From Chiloscyllium plagiosum (lineage: Eukaryota): DNA of 64,000 bases. Under the pieces are notes generated by a model that saw only the letters and a program-made list of their open reading frames with translations, was not told where the DNA came from and did not search any database. Below are positions 38,269 through 51,079 of the stretch, piece by piece. The DNA is taken from NCBI RefSeq assembly GCF_004010195.1, contig NC_057718.1:87624570-87688569 (forward strand), given 5' to 3'. The stretch's first letter is position 1; every line of letters starts with the position of its first letter. The position numbers and the translations under genes were made by a program.

Positions 38269-40489
38269 TTATTTTTAAAGCTATTATGAATTCTCTTTCT
38301 GCGTAGTGGATTCCTTACTCAATTACTTGGGAAATTGTTTCTCTCTATTTACACTTTCAAAAGTACATCACAAATTTGAACTCTATCAGTGCTCTAATAA
38401 AAGAGGCCTGATTTCTCCTTGCAACTAAAACCCCAAATGCTTGACACAATTTAATGAATCTTTTCTATAGTCTTCCCATATTTTGAACGTCCCTTCCAAA
38501 GTAAGGCATTTGAATATACTTTCCAGCTGATCCACTGCTAAACACAGATTTTGTATTAACTCTCTACCTTTCACTTCAGATTCCTATTTACAAAACCCAA
38601 GATGCCTTATGCTTTTTCCAACTTGATAATGTCCACTCACTTTGAAATATTTGTTTCTATATAGCCCTAAATCTATCTCCTCCTCCACTCCTTTTGAAGG
38701 GTTACCATTTAGTGTGGTCGTCTCTTCGATCCTTCCTTCGAAAATGGATCACTTGACATTGTTCGGTGTTAAATTTCACATGATATCCTTCTGTCCAATT
38801 TACGAATTAATATTCTCCTTAAGTAATTTGCAGTTGTCCTTCCGTATTAATCATGCTTGCTATTTTAGTGCTGTAATTAATATTGAGAAATATTCTCTCC
38901 TGTACCTCAGCCCATCTTTGCCCCTGGTATAGCGGTAATCAGTGGTCCCAAAAGTTGTAGGTCTATATCTGGTAACTTGAGACACAATTGTCCAGAAATA
39001 AAAGAAGGACTCTATTTTTGGGGCTTGTTATGTTTGCGACAATCTCTCTCATTCTCCTACGGACAGGGACTTGGCCCGGTGCAAAAAATAGGCACAATTT
39101 CTTTTGGACTCCCTTGAAGATGTCCCAATCTAGTAATGGAGGAGGGAAGTGAGGCACAACAGAGTGGAATGTTTCTTTTACATATCATTAATATTTGACC
39201 AAATTTAGAGTGAATCAATCACAGAGAGATCTAGGCTTATATTTAAACATCAGTCTTGTTGACATTTAAAAGGCCAAATCAAGTAGCACTGTTGCAATTC
39301 CCATACAGGCCAGTATCCTAAATGGAACACTGACCCTAGACAACTCTGGCAAGACTGAAGCATTAGCAGTAAAATAGTTGAATTCAGAATCTTTACTGTC
39401 TATAGTATTTTGTTTAATCTATATTACATATACATGGCTCCTTGTAAATGTGCCTCCTGCAGTTGCCCCTCTGCTGCAGGACTAAACCCAAATCAAAGCT
39501 TCTGTATCTGTGTATGTTATCACAAGCTGCAATTTAATGCCTCAATCATCTTCTATTCATCCTTTGTGGTTGGCAAACTTCTACCTCAAAAGCAACGTGA
39601 AATCATAGCAAAGTTCATGGTTTTTCTTGTGCGACCCTTGCAACCCCAAATTTGGCTGATTTCCGTGACTTTTAATGAGTTCATAGTCAGGAATTCCAAC
39701 TACTTTTTTCCCAGAGTTCTCTCTGGTTGTGAAGGGTGGTACCTAAATCTAAGCCATTCGTTCTATTGTTTTTTTTGGCTTCTGGAATAGTATTAGTTCG
39801 ACTATTCAAGGATTCCAACGAGGGACAATAAAAGATGGCGTGGTATTTTGAGGTGATGCTTTTTCAATGGTATTGCTGTTGTCCAGTGGAGAGGTAGTGG
39901 TATTGTTACTGGGTAGGCTAATGCTGTAGTGATACGGGTTTAAAATCCCTCTATTGCAGATGGTGAAATTTGAATTCAGTAAAAATCTGGAATTTAAAAG
40001 GATGGCTTTATGGTGATCATGTAACCATTGGCAACTGACGCAAAAAACCAACCTGGTTCACCAATGTCCTACTCATGACCCCAGACCTACAGCAATGTGT
40101 TAAATTCTGAGTATTTAGGGGGGGGAGGGCAATAAATGCTGGCCTAGCCAATGGTGTCAACATCCCATGAATGAATAAAAAGGTAATGGAATTGGATGGT
40201 ACTGTCAAAGTAGCTGAGTTGTAAGTCATACGGATTGGAAGTAGGATATTTGTTCGGTTAATTTCCATACTGATTTTTTTTAAAGAGCTTTTTCCCCCTC
40301 AACCTTGCAAATTACAACTACACACTCGGTTACCACTTAAGAGTTCCTTTTAAAATTTACCATTTCAGATTGTTAACATTTGAAACCCTTAAACTTCCTT
40401 AATGGTAATTCCACTCTCTCACCCACTTGCCAGAGTGATCAGCTTCTCCACTCTTGTCAAAATCCTTCCTAACTTTGCAGACCTCCTAA

Positions 40490-40800
40490 TTATAGAGTCA
40501 TACAGCATGGAAACAGGCCCTTTGGCCCCACTTGTCTATGCCAAAAGGTTTGCGAAACTGGGCTAGTCCCATTTGCCTGCATTTGGCCCATATCCCTAAA
40601 CTAGTTTAAACCCTCCTGAGTCGGTCTAGTAAATCTCCCCTCCAGGATATTGGTCCACCTCCACTTCAGGTGCAATCTGTCCCTCTTGTACAAGTCACTT
40701 CTGCCCCAGAACAGATTCCAGTGATCCAAAAATCTGAATCCCTGCCCCTTACACCAACTCCTCAGCAACACATTCATCTTTCTTAATGTGGAATGAACCA
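40490..40800 (-). mobile_element. CR1 3' tail joined to a CR1 ORF1 (esterase) fragment
   Basis: ORF 40601-40801 WCKGQGFRFLDHWNLFWGRSDLYKRDRLHL, and a tagagtcatacagcatggaaacaggccc tail. Confidence 0.75.
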
Positions 40801-41453
40801 TCCCAGTTTTTCCATTCTCTCCACATAATTGAACTCTTAGGTTTCAGTTGAGCTCTGCACCCTCTCCAGGGCCTTGATGCACTCACAAAATGTATTACCC
40901 AGAACTGTGTATACACCTTCACCTGATGCCAAATCAGAAATTTGTAAATATTTCAACGTGCCTTCCTTGTTTTTGTACCCGCTGCCCTGGTTCACAAAAA
41001 GCCAAATATCCCCATATGTAATGCATGCTGTAACTGCAGATGCTAATGGTAGATATTAACAATACAGCATTGACAGGGGCAGTGATCAAGTGAATTTCTC
41101 TGCCCTCAACAGTTTCAAGCATATTAAATACTGATTAGCCAAGCAAATGTTCCATCATGCCTTGTACTTGAGTCTTGTGGATGGTGAAGAGACTTACAAG
41201 GTGTTAGTTGATCATCACAGAATGCCCAGATTGTGGGTCATAATCTCTGGTCAAGTTATCTCAGTGTGGTTTTTTGTGGTGCCTTTCTGTTTCCATTTTC
41301 TACCTTACAACACTGATGATATTTCATAAAATACATCAATTACTTTGAAATGTCCTGCCTTCATGAAAGGCACAATATAAATGCACTGTGTAAATACACA
41401 GATTTTATTACTAGCTTTGTGTTTTGACTTGCTACTTCTGATCTGCTTCACAG

Positions 41454-41663
41454 AAAGGAGATATTATCGATATAATTAGCAAACCACCAGGAGGAACCTG
41501 GATGGGTCTGTTGAATAATAAGGTTGGGACATTCAAATTTATCTACGTGGATATTGTGAATAATGAAGTGGAGAAACCAAAAAGGCCAAAGAGACGGCGA
41601 CGGGGAACCAAACACCCAAAACCCCAAAATGTTCAGGATCTCCTTCAACGCATTGGCCTACAG
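41454..41663 (+). CDS. SASH1: SASH1-like coding exon (equiv. exon 15), 210 nt, C-half of SH3, basic linker, start of SAM1
   Basis: cacag acceptor, gttggt donor, phase 0/0. [33 protein letters not shown]...[10 protein letters not shown]...[11 protein letters not shown]. Confidence 0.96.
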
Positions 41664-43940
41664 GTTGGTTTTGTGATTTACTTTATATTCAATGAATCTG
41701 CAATAGTACGGTTCTCCCAAAAAAGAACATGTTTTGAATTCAAACACACAATCAGCTACATTTCATGATTACTTTAACGGAACACAGAAATTCTCCTGCA
41801 AACAGTTTGAGCCAATTTATCTTGATTCCATAGTAACACGACAAAAAAAAATGCAATAATAAAAGATTTCACACAAAAAAAATGTGGAAAAGGCTTTTTT
41901 ACGGTGGCCACCAAAAGCAGGCAGTTGCCTTCTAAATATATTGGAATCTAGGCCGTGTGATGTATTTAGGATTCCAATGCCATTTCAGTCTCTACAACAA
42001 GATACAAAAGGTTCGGTGGATCTCCTCTAGGTCCCAGAAGCAGGCCAATGAGAAGGGCCTCTGACTTGCCCTTAACAGACCTGCAAGAGATTCTCCAATT
42101 TGAGAAGTTGGCTCTTCTGACTTCCATCCAGGAGAAAACCTACAAAAAAATTGGAATCATAAAATGATTCTGTGCGGAATGGAATTGGTGCTGTGCGGAA
42201 TGGAATCATTCTTCCCGTTATGCTTGTGCCTGTTCTTTTGAAAAAGCTGTACAATTTGATGCACCTCTCAGTTCTTTCCCCATAATAATTTTTTAGTTGT
42301 CTAATTTCCTCTTGAAGGTTATTGGATTTCCTTCCACCACTCTTGAAGGCTATGTATTCTAGATTATAATGACCCACATGGTTTTTAAAAAGTTCAAATG
42401 CTATCTCTGGCACTTTTGACAATTAACCCTATGCCCTCCAGATAGCAACTGTTGCACCAATAGAAAACAGGTTTTTTTCCCCTTTTTATCTATCCCAGAT
42501 TATTGAATTCCTCGTTCAAATCCCGGTTTAACCTCTCTTCAACTTTCCTTATCTTCTATCTAACCAAGGTCTTTAATCCTGTTACCATTGTAGTAAATCA
42601 CTTTGCATCCTCCAGCATGGAAATCAAATTCCATTTTTCCCAGTCACAAAATCACAAAAGTTAGATTTTCTAAAACTATGCAACATTTCCCCAATTTGTG
42701 TATCTATTTAAACTCTGGTTGACGGTACGCATGGACCAGGTTTCTGCACTGACAACAATTACTGTTTATTCAAAAAAAAAATTCCAGTAACAGCTAAGCA
42801 ATTATGAACTGTTGACCTCTTCCTCTACTGCTTAAAACTCCTTCTTCCACAAACACACGTTGACAAACACAAGAAATATTGATGTTATGGGCAGAGGGAA
42901 ACACTGGGCAGGCGGTTAAATCGTCCCTGCCACACAGTTTGCTAAAATCCTTTGGCTTATCAGGAATTGCTGCTCCTCAATCTCTGTTCCCCAGGTATTT
43001 TCACTTGCTTGCAGGAAGCAAAGAGTGTCTGATTCAAAGCTTACAATGTCTCTGGCTTATTGATTATAGCAACAACTTACAGCATCTAATGAGGGAAAAT
43101 AACCTGGCTTGCTTCAGGTGTTTCTTACTGCAGAGTATGTCTCCACATCCAAAGGTCCAAGACCTCTGGCGATGTTGCTGTTACCCATAAGCCATTCAGT
43201 CATCTGGGATCACGTGATTGTTGGCACACAGAAGACCTTTACCATCGACAACTGGTCACCACTCCACAGACCAAGCCCCGCCTTGTTGCCAACTTAAGTT
43301 CACTTTGTGGACACTCCCTTGGCGTCAATCCAATTGCAGTCGTCTGCCCTTACTGCTTGAGCAAGCAATAGTATAAACAACACCTTAGAATAATTGTTGG
43401 CAGTTTGCCTTCAAGAAGTACAGCAATCTCTTTCACAATTCTTGGATTTTAAAAGTATCCTTTTCCCAATTCCATTCACAAAAGTGCAGAAAAATAAAAA
43501 GATGCTGACTACACTTTACCTAAGCATCTTTCCCAAAGTGTTATCCTCAGAATAGGCTGTAATATTCTAACTGGTGTTTTTGTTTGTATTCTCTATTCAT
43601 AAAACCAAGGACCTGTCTGACTTATTAACAACTGTTTTAAATTGTTCTGTTACCATCAAGACTTTCCTTCCTACACTCACAAGTCTCTCTGATCCTGGAC
43701 TACCTTTAAACTCCCTTTAGCTAGAAGCCTCTCCTTACTTTACCGATCAGAATTAAACATTCTGGACTTCCCTGCCTTCGGCTTTACCTGCTATGTCTGC
43801 TCCTTTCGCCAGTCTATAGGTGCTTTTCTAATCTCATTGTAAACGATGTTTCTGAGTTTTGTGTTATCTATCAGTATGATATTAGGTTCCTTGAACTAAA
43901 TCCAATTTCTTAATATGCATGATACAATAAATTAATATAC

Positions 43941-45585
43941 AGGGCAGCACGATGGTACAGTGGTTAGCACTGCTGCCTCACAGCGCCAGGGACCCAGGTT
44001 CGGTTCCAGCTTTTGAGCCATACAGCTTAGAAACAAATCCTTTGGCCCAACTCATCCATGCAGACCAGATTTCTGAAACTGAACTTGTCCCATTGGCTTG
44101 CAATTTGGCCCGTATCCCTGTAAACATTTCCTATCCGTGCACCTGTCCCATTGACTTTTAAATGTTGTAATTGCACTCACCTCTACCACTTTCTTTGGCA
44201 ATTCGTTCCATATGTGCCCCACTTTGTGTTTATAATGTTGCCCCGTGGGTGCCTTTTAAATCTTTCCCCTCTCACCTCTCCCCTCTCACCTTAAACCTAT
44301 GCCCTCTAGTTTTGGACTCACCTACCCTCTGGAAAAGACCTCGGCAATTCATCTTATCTCCCCCTCATGATTTTCTAATCCTCTAAGATCACCCAAGAGC
44401 CTCCCAAGTTTTAGGGGAGAAAAGTCCGTCTATTCAGCCTTTCCTTATAACTGAAACCCTCCAGTCTCAGTAACATCCTTGAAAACCTTTTTTGCAGCCT
44501 TTCCAGTTTAATAACAATCTTCCTGTTACAGGGTGACCAGAATTGTATGCTGTAATTGCAATTTGGCATTGTCAATGGCTTGTAACATAATGTTCCAACT
44601 CCTGCACTCAGTACTCTAACCAATAAAGGCAAGCATGCACCTGCACCCCTAAGTGTCGCTATTCAACAACACACACCAGGGCCCTACCATTAACTGTGTA
44701 AATCCTACCCTGGTTTGTCTTAGCAAGATGCAACTCCTCGCATTTTTCTGAATCAACTGGCCAAGTTGATCAAGATCGCATTGTTGTGTGAGATAACTTT
44801 TTTCACTGTCCATTGTACCACCAATTTTGGTGTCACCCATAAACGTACTAAGCATACCTCCTATGTTCTTACCCAAATCATTTATGTAAATGACAGGCAA
44901 CAGTGGGCTTGGCACCGATCCTTGAGGCACACCACTGGTCACAGTCTGAGCATCAACACTTTACCACCACCCTCTGTGTCCTGCCGTCAAGACAGTTGGC
45001 TAGCTCTCCCTGTATCCCATGTGATCTAACCTTACTAACCAGTCTACCATGCGGGACCTTGTCTAAGGCCTTACTAAAGTCCACATCGACAACATCTACC
45101 TTCATCCATCTTCTTCATCACCTCTTCAAAAAACTGAGTCAAATTTGACAGACACGATTTCCCCCCACACAAAGCCATGTTGATCATCCCTAATCAGTCC
45201 TTGCCTTTCCAAATGCACGTAGATCCTGTCTGTCAGAATCCTCTCCGACAACCTACTCACCACTGACCTCCAGCTCATCAGTCTGCTGTTCCTGGCTTTT
45301 CCTTGCAGCCTTTCTTAATTAACAGCACAACATTAGGCATCCTTCAGCCTTCCAGCATCTCACCTGTGGCCATCGATGATACAAGTATCTCTGCCAAGCG
45401 CCCCGCAATTTCTTCCAACTGTCTGTGCGGAGTTTGGGCATTCTCCCGGTGTCTGTGTAGGTTTCTGCTGAGTGCTCTGGTTTCTTCCCATAGTCCAAAT
45501 ATGTGCAGGTTAGGAGGGTCTTCGGAGGGTCGTGCACACTCGAATGGCTGAATGGTCTGTTTCTGCACTATAGGGATTCTATGAT
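43941..45585. mobile_element. HE1-like SINE (+; head about 43941-44010, remainder about 45417-45585) interrupted by a CR1 LINE (-; about 44012-45416)
   Basis: SINE head gggcagcacgatggtacagtggttagc; the SINE core resumes at aactgtctgtgcggagtttg. The middle contains CR1 RT peptides [22 protein letters not shown] and GDTKIGG. Confidence 0.78.
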
Positions 45586-46114
45586 AAGACAAGAGTAATG
45601 ATCTTTAATACCTTTCAAACCTAGTAGGACAAGGGCAATCAAATACATGGGAGCATTACCTTCTACACATTCCTCTCCAAGCCACAAACCATCCTGAGGT
45701 GAAACTGTATCACTGCTACATTACTGTTGCTGCCTCAAATCCTGGAGCTCTCCACCTAACAGTATGGTAGGTGTGTTCGCAATACATGGACATCAACGAT
45801 TCATAAAGGCAACACACCAGCACCCCGAGTGCAGTAAATGCTGGCCTTGCCAGTGACATCTGTAACCTGTGAACTAATAAAATAAATCACCAGGGGACGA
45901 CAATGTACATCTCTTCCACTTGGAAAAAGTCATTCACACTGTTCTCTAGTTTTTCTCCCTTAGTCACTGTTTGTTTAATCTCATTCTGTGCGTGACAAAA
46001 CTTGAACTTCATTTCTGTCACCATTCCCGTCTCTATCAAAGAACCCATTCATTCATTACAATATGTTTGCCGACCACTCATTTAAGTTAGTAAAACACAG
46101 CTTGTCTTTGACAG

Positions 46115-46675
46115 AGGTGATGGCCTAATGGTGTTATCGTTGGACTGTTAATCCAGAGACCCAGGTAATGTTCTAGGGAGAAAATGAGGTCTGCAGATGC
46201 TGGAGATCAGAGATGGAAATGTGTTGCTGGAGAAGCGCAGCAGGTCAGGCAGCATCTAGGGAACAGGAGAATCGACGTTTCGGGCATTAGCCCTTCTTCC
46301 TGAAGAAGGACTAATGCCCGAAACGTCGATTCTCCTGTTCCCTAGATGCTGCCTGACCTGCTGCGCTTCTCCAGCAACACATTTCCATCAATGTTCTAGG
46401 GACCCAGGTTTGAATCCCACTGTGGCAAATGGTGGAATTTGAAGTCAATAAAAATCTGGAATTACAAATCTAGTGGTGACCATGAATCCATTGTCAATTG
46501 TCACATAAACCCATCTGACTCACTGATGCCCTTCAGGAAGGAAAACTGCCATACTTACCTGGTCTGGCCTGCATGTGACTCCAGACCCACAGCAATGTGG
46601 TTGACACTTATCTGCCCAATGAGTAATAAATGTTGGCCTAGTCAAAAACGCACTCATCCTGCGAGTGAACTAAAA
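46115..46675 (+). mobile_element. tRNA-derived SINE (second family), host of the palindromic insertion
   Basis: gtgatggcctaatggt head, ggtttgaatccc B-box-like motif, aataaatg.tggcctag tail. Confidence 0.6.
46180..46389. mobile_element. 210-bp palindromic Penelope-derived insertion with 13-bp TSD
   Basis: TSD aatgttctaggga at 46167-46179 and 46390-46402. Arms 46212-46299 and 46302-46389 are 88 bp with one mismatch. Confidence 0.9.
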
Positions 46676-46849
46676 ACAAAAGATCCATCCATTTATTAAT
46701 GCTTGATTCTTGCAAGTTTTTCCACTTTTCTACCAGGCATTAGGAGGAATCACATATACTGCAGGAGCAGACCATTTAGTGGGTGTTTTGATCTTCCCCC
46801 ACTGGCCCCATTTAACAGTTTCTGTAAATCTGGCTTGTTCCATTTACAG

Positions 46850-47000
46850 CAACATATGCCAACTCTACTACTGAATGGATACGAGGACTTGGACACATTG
46901 AAGCTGTTGCAAGAAGAGGACCTGGATGAACTGAATATTCTGGAACCACAGCACAGATCTCAGCTGCTGACAGCTGTTGATTTCCTGCACGAAATTGACA
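46850..47000 (+). CDS. SASH1: SASH1-like coding exon (equiv. exon 16), 151 nt, SAM1 domain
   Basis: ttacag acceptor, gtaaga donor, phase 0/1. QHMPTLLLNGYEDLDTLKLLQEEDLDELNILEPQHRSQLLTAVDFLHEID. Confidence 0.96.
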
Positions 47001-48295
47001 GTAAGAGCAAAGCTTTTATTAGAAATAAACATGGTGGTCACATGATTGAGGCAAGCCAAGGAATAAAAGGTCGTCGCGATAGTTGCATTGCCTTGGTTAA
47101 TGTTAATAAAATACAGAAATCCTTGGATTTTTGTTTGGAGGCATTGAAACATCTTAAATACATTTAAAGAAAACAATTACTTTTGGGGAGATAGTGCTGG
47201 CTTGCATATAAAATGTTATCAGTATAATCATACAATTTTACAGCACAGGAGGAGGGTGCAAATTTCTATGCATTTATTCCAGCATTTCAGGTATTCCATC
47301 CCTTCCCCTCCCCTTAGTTTCTGCTCTGCACCCATACACATTTTATTTTTGTTTAAATAGTACATCTTTATATCAATCCCCTTATGTTTCTGGAAAGCAA
47401 TTTTATGTGTGGAAACTAAAATTCCTTTATCTTTACTTTTTTTTAATTTTTATTTTAATTTGCTTTTGGAACATGAGTGAAGCTGGTCACGTCATAAGAG
47501 TGAGGACTAAGAAGCATTTGGTCCAATTAGTCCTTGCAGACAAGCACATTTTCCTAACCCCACATCCCTGTATCCCCCTTTCCTTCATCCAGCTAGGCAA
47601 AGGGATTAGAGTGGCAGGTACGTGAACAAGTGCCTGGGGTAGGTTGAAGGCTTGGGTTGGGTCGGGTGTACAGGGAATGAGGGTTGTCCGAAACAAAAAC
47701 AGACGTTGGAAAAGCTCAGGAGGTCTGGCAGCGACTTTGCAGAGAAATCACAGTTAACATTTCGAGTCCGGTGACCCTTCCTCAGAAGTACCCAATTCCA
47801 ATCTATCCGGCTGCAGCAACTATTCTCCCCAATTTTTCTCCCCCCCCCCCCCAAAATAAAGGACTTTCTGGGCCACTGTCTTTATTTCCTCTTCCAGTTC
47901 CAGTAGAGAGACACCCCTTTACCTTCCTCGCTGACTGGTCTGATTACTTCCTGTGAGGTGTATTATTCAGTTTCCTGTGCGCACCAATTTTGGAAGCATT
48001 GAACCCCAATCCAAGCACTCGGATGACTGCTGCAAGTGGGGCTACACTGGGCATGTGCATTTTTCACGATGCACAGAGGCAGTAAATGACTGGTTGCGTC
48101 CATTTCTCTCTATGAAATTAAGCTGTTTTTTCCTAGACATCTAATAAAGTCAGTTCTAAGATTTAACCCCTCTCGTATAACTACAGGCTGACAGTATCAT
48201 AATGCTGAACTTTCCTCCAGGTGAACCATTCTGTCCTGTTCTTCAAATACTCCACAAGCCTGTTGTGATTCAGGATTAATCAATCTGTCATCTTA

Positions 48296-48635
48296 GATTT
48301 ATAGAATCCCTACAGTGTGGAAACAGACCCTTCGGCCCAACAAGTCCACACTAACCCTCCGAACAGTAATGCACGCAGACCCATTCCATCTACCCTATAT
48401 TTACCCCTGACTAATGCACCTCGCCTACACACCCCTGAACACTATGGGCAATTTAGCTTGGCCAACTTACTTAACCTGCACATCTTTGGACTATGGGAGG
48501 AAACAGAAGCACCCAGAAGAAACCCAAGCAGACACGGGAAGAATGTGCAAACTCCACACAGACAATCGTCCAAGGCTGGAATTGAACCCAGGTCCTTGGT
48601 GCTGTGAGGCAGCAGTACTAACCACTGAGCCACAG
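48296..48635 (-). mobile_element. HE1-like V-SINE
   Basis: Reverse complement of the 14607 and 27241 family. Confidence 0.85.
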
Positions 48636-49388
48636 TACGCACGCATGGTCATTTATGCAACAACTACAAACAAAAAAGCTGCTGCTCATCTGATCCTGTC
48701 ATAAATTTATTTTTCTTTATACTTTCATGGGATGTGGGTGATCATTGGCAAGGCCAGTACTAAATGCCCATTCTTCATTACTTTTGAAATCGTGTGGCAA
48801 GTAGACCAGACTATGTAAGGATGGTGCATTTCCTTCCCTAACGGTCATTAATGAAGCAGATGAATTTTAACCATCTACGATAGTTTTTCACGGTTGCCAT
48901 TATTGATGTTTCAGGTTTGTGTTGTTTGAATTTAAATTCCATAGTGGGATGTAAACTCCTATCCCTATAGCATCATCCTGAACCTCTGGATTAGGGTCCA
49001 GTGACAGCACGATGTTTCCATCTCCCTGAAAATACAGATAATAAACCTGATATTACGTCAACATCGTCTTAGCTAGTACATAGATCAGTTTGAACTAGTT
49101 CCTGCTATTAAGCAGCTAAAGTTAGGCACATTAAATGCACAATTAGTAACGTATAAATAAAACTCTCAGTACTTAACGAGTGATTTTTAATTCGGCTTAA
49201 ATGGGACTAGATCAGTGTAGGATATCTAGTCGGCTTGGATGAGTTGGACCAAAGGATCTGTTTCCATGCTGTTTAACTCTGTGACTCATAATTATGTTTT
49301 TTGTTGTGACTTTTGCATCTCTGGTTTGTTTTAATTTGCATTTCTGTTCTCTTGACATTACCTGGCTTTTAATATTTTCTTGCTATAG

Positions 49389-49532
49389 GCAACAGTGACA
49401 AAGATCCAGCTGGGGAATGTGCCAATCAGGAAATTTTACCCCACTTTTCTCTTAAGCACACTGGTCCAGAACTGCAAAGACAGCTTCCTTGGGATTCAGG
49501 TTGCTTTGAGGAGAGTGGATACCCAGAGAATG
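49389..49532 (+). CDS. SASH1: SASH1-like coding exon (equiv. exon 17), 144 nt, (S)NSDKDPAG...PWDSGCFEESGYPEN
   Basis: ctatag acceptor, gtaagg donor, phase 1/1. SNSD and DSGCxE motifs. Confidence 0.88.
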
Positions 49533-49769
49533 GTAAGGGCAGCAAAAACTAACTCTGAATAACTGTGTTCAAGAGATAATACTGACATTCTCAGGAACTT
49601 GAGTGCCTAACCCAGTCCAACACTTCAGTATAGTGCTTAGGATGTGCTATACCATTACAGGTCATCATGATCTCAAATGAGAGATTGAACTAAGGCTCTC
49701 TGCTCTTCTTTGTAAGGGAGAGTATTCTGCTGAAAGCTTCTAGGTTTCTGTCATGAGCATCATCTGATA

Positions 49770-50990
49770 GGTGTCAAGGAAATATATTGAAATAACTCCA
49801 CAGAGGCCAGCATCCCATCACCAAGTCACCCTTTATTTACATGTGGAGGGTCCTTGACACTGATCCAGCTCCCCCTCAGCCAGCTCGCAGAATGAACAGG
49901 ATGTCTGACACACCTGTTCTTTTTTTTGTGTGGTGGAGTGCTTCCTGAAATAATTCCATGAAGGCTGTCAGCAAGTCACCCCTTATTGACATGTGTATAG
50001 TACATGACACTGACCTAGCTAGCTCAGAACTGGCTCTGGGTGAACAGAACCTCTGACATTCCTGTTAATTTTTTTAAGACTTCGTGAAAGACGCAAGGTG
50101 CACGAACCTTTATTCAGTTTCCACCACCAGGAAGAAAGAAAACATCCGAGTGGCCAGTGACAAGCAGTGTCCTTCCCATCAAAGGGCAATGCTGTGTGAT
50201 CAAACAGTGAAGGAGAGGGCAGGGATTAAATCAAAATAGAGTTTGAGGGAGAAGTAATGCACTCCACTCCCTGCAACACTCCTTTTCTTTTTTTTATATA
50301 GAATTGACACTCCAGTTTATTTTTTTTTAATCCCCTGTTTATTTTTTTTCTTTATTTTTTCCCCAGCACCCATGGTGTGTGTGCATATGTGTGAGACACA
50401 GTGAAAGATACAAAGTGCTCGAATCTTTATTCAAATTCAACCACCAGGAAGATAGATTAGATTAGATTACTTACAGTGTGGAAACAGGCCCTTCGGCCCA
50501 ACAAGTCCACACCGACCCGCCGAAGCGTAACCCACCCATACCCCTACATTTACCCCTTACCTAACACTACGGGCAATTTAGCATGGCCAATTCACCTGAC
50601 CTGCACATCTTTGGACTGTGGGAGGAAACCGGAGCACCCGGAGGAAACCCACGCAGACACGGGGAGAACGTGCAAACTCCACACAGTCAGTCGCCTGAGG
50701 CGGGAATTGAACCCGGGTCTCTGGCGCTGCGAGGCAGCAGTGCTAACCACTGTACCACCGTGCCGCCCACAAGGTTTATAGGAAAACACCCGGGTGGCCA
50801 GTGACAAACACTGCCCTTCACATCAAAGGGCAGTGCTGTGTGATCAAAACAGTGAACGGGAGGGTAGGGACAACACTCCTGTTCTTATCTGTCAGCCAGG
50901 GCTTCCTGATTGGACCAGATTAACAGCCCTTGAAATTGAAATTACTCTATGATGTTCACTTGACTGACCTCGTTACAATCACAACAATAT
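49770..50990. repeat. Nested repeat complex: LTR-like repeat with internal partial duplication, two copies of a second repeat, and an HE1 SINE
   Basis: About 49790-49920 is repeated at about 49950-50065. About 50090-50226 is repeated at about 50405-50452 plus 50780-50870. Confidence 0.5.
50454..50768 (-). mobile_element. HE1-like V-SINE, young-looking (CpG-rich), (GATTA)n tail
   Basis: Reverse complement of the 14607-14928 family with many intact CpGs. Confidence 0.88.
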
Positions 50991-51079
50991 GTCAAGTAAT
51001 AGGACAGAGTATGTAGAAAAAAATGGTCAGGAATTGAACTTCATGGCAGATAAAGGGGCAACTATGAGAAGAGTGGCAA

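Noticed and set aside
50476..50807. Overlapping ORFs similar to those at 14484-14792, 27188-27442 and 48317-48704
   Set aside because: Translations of the same SINE family, not a protein family.
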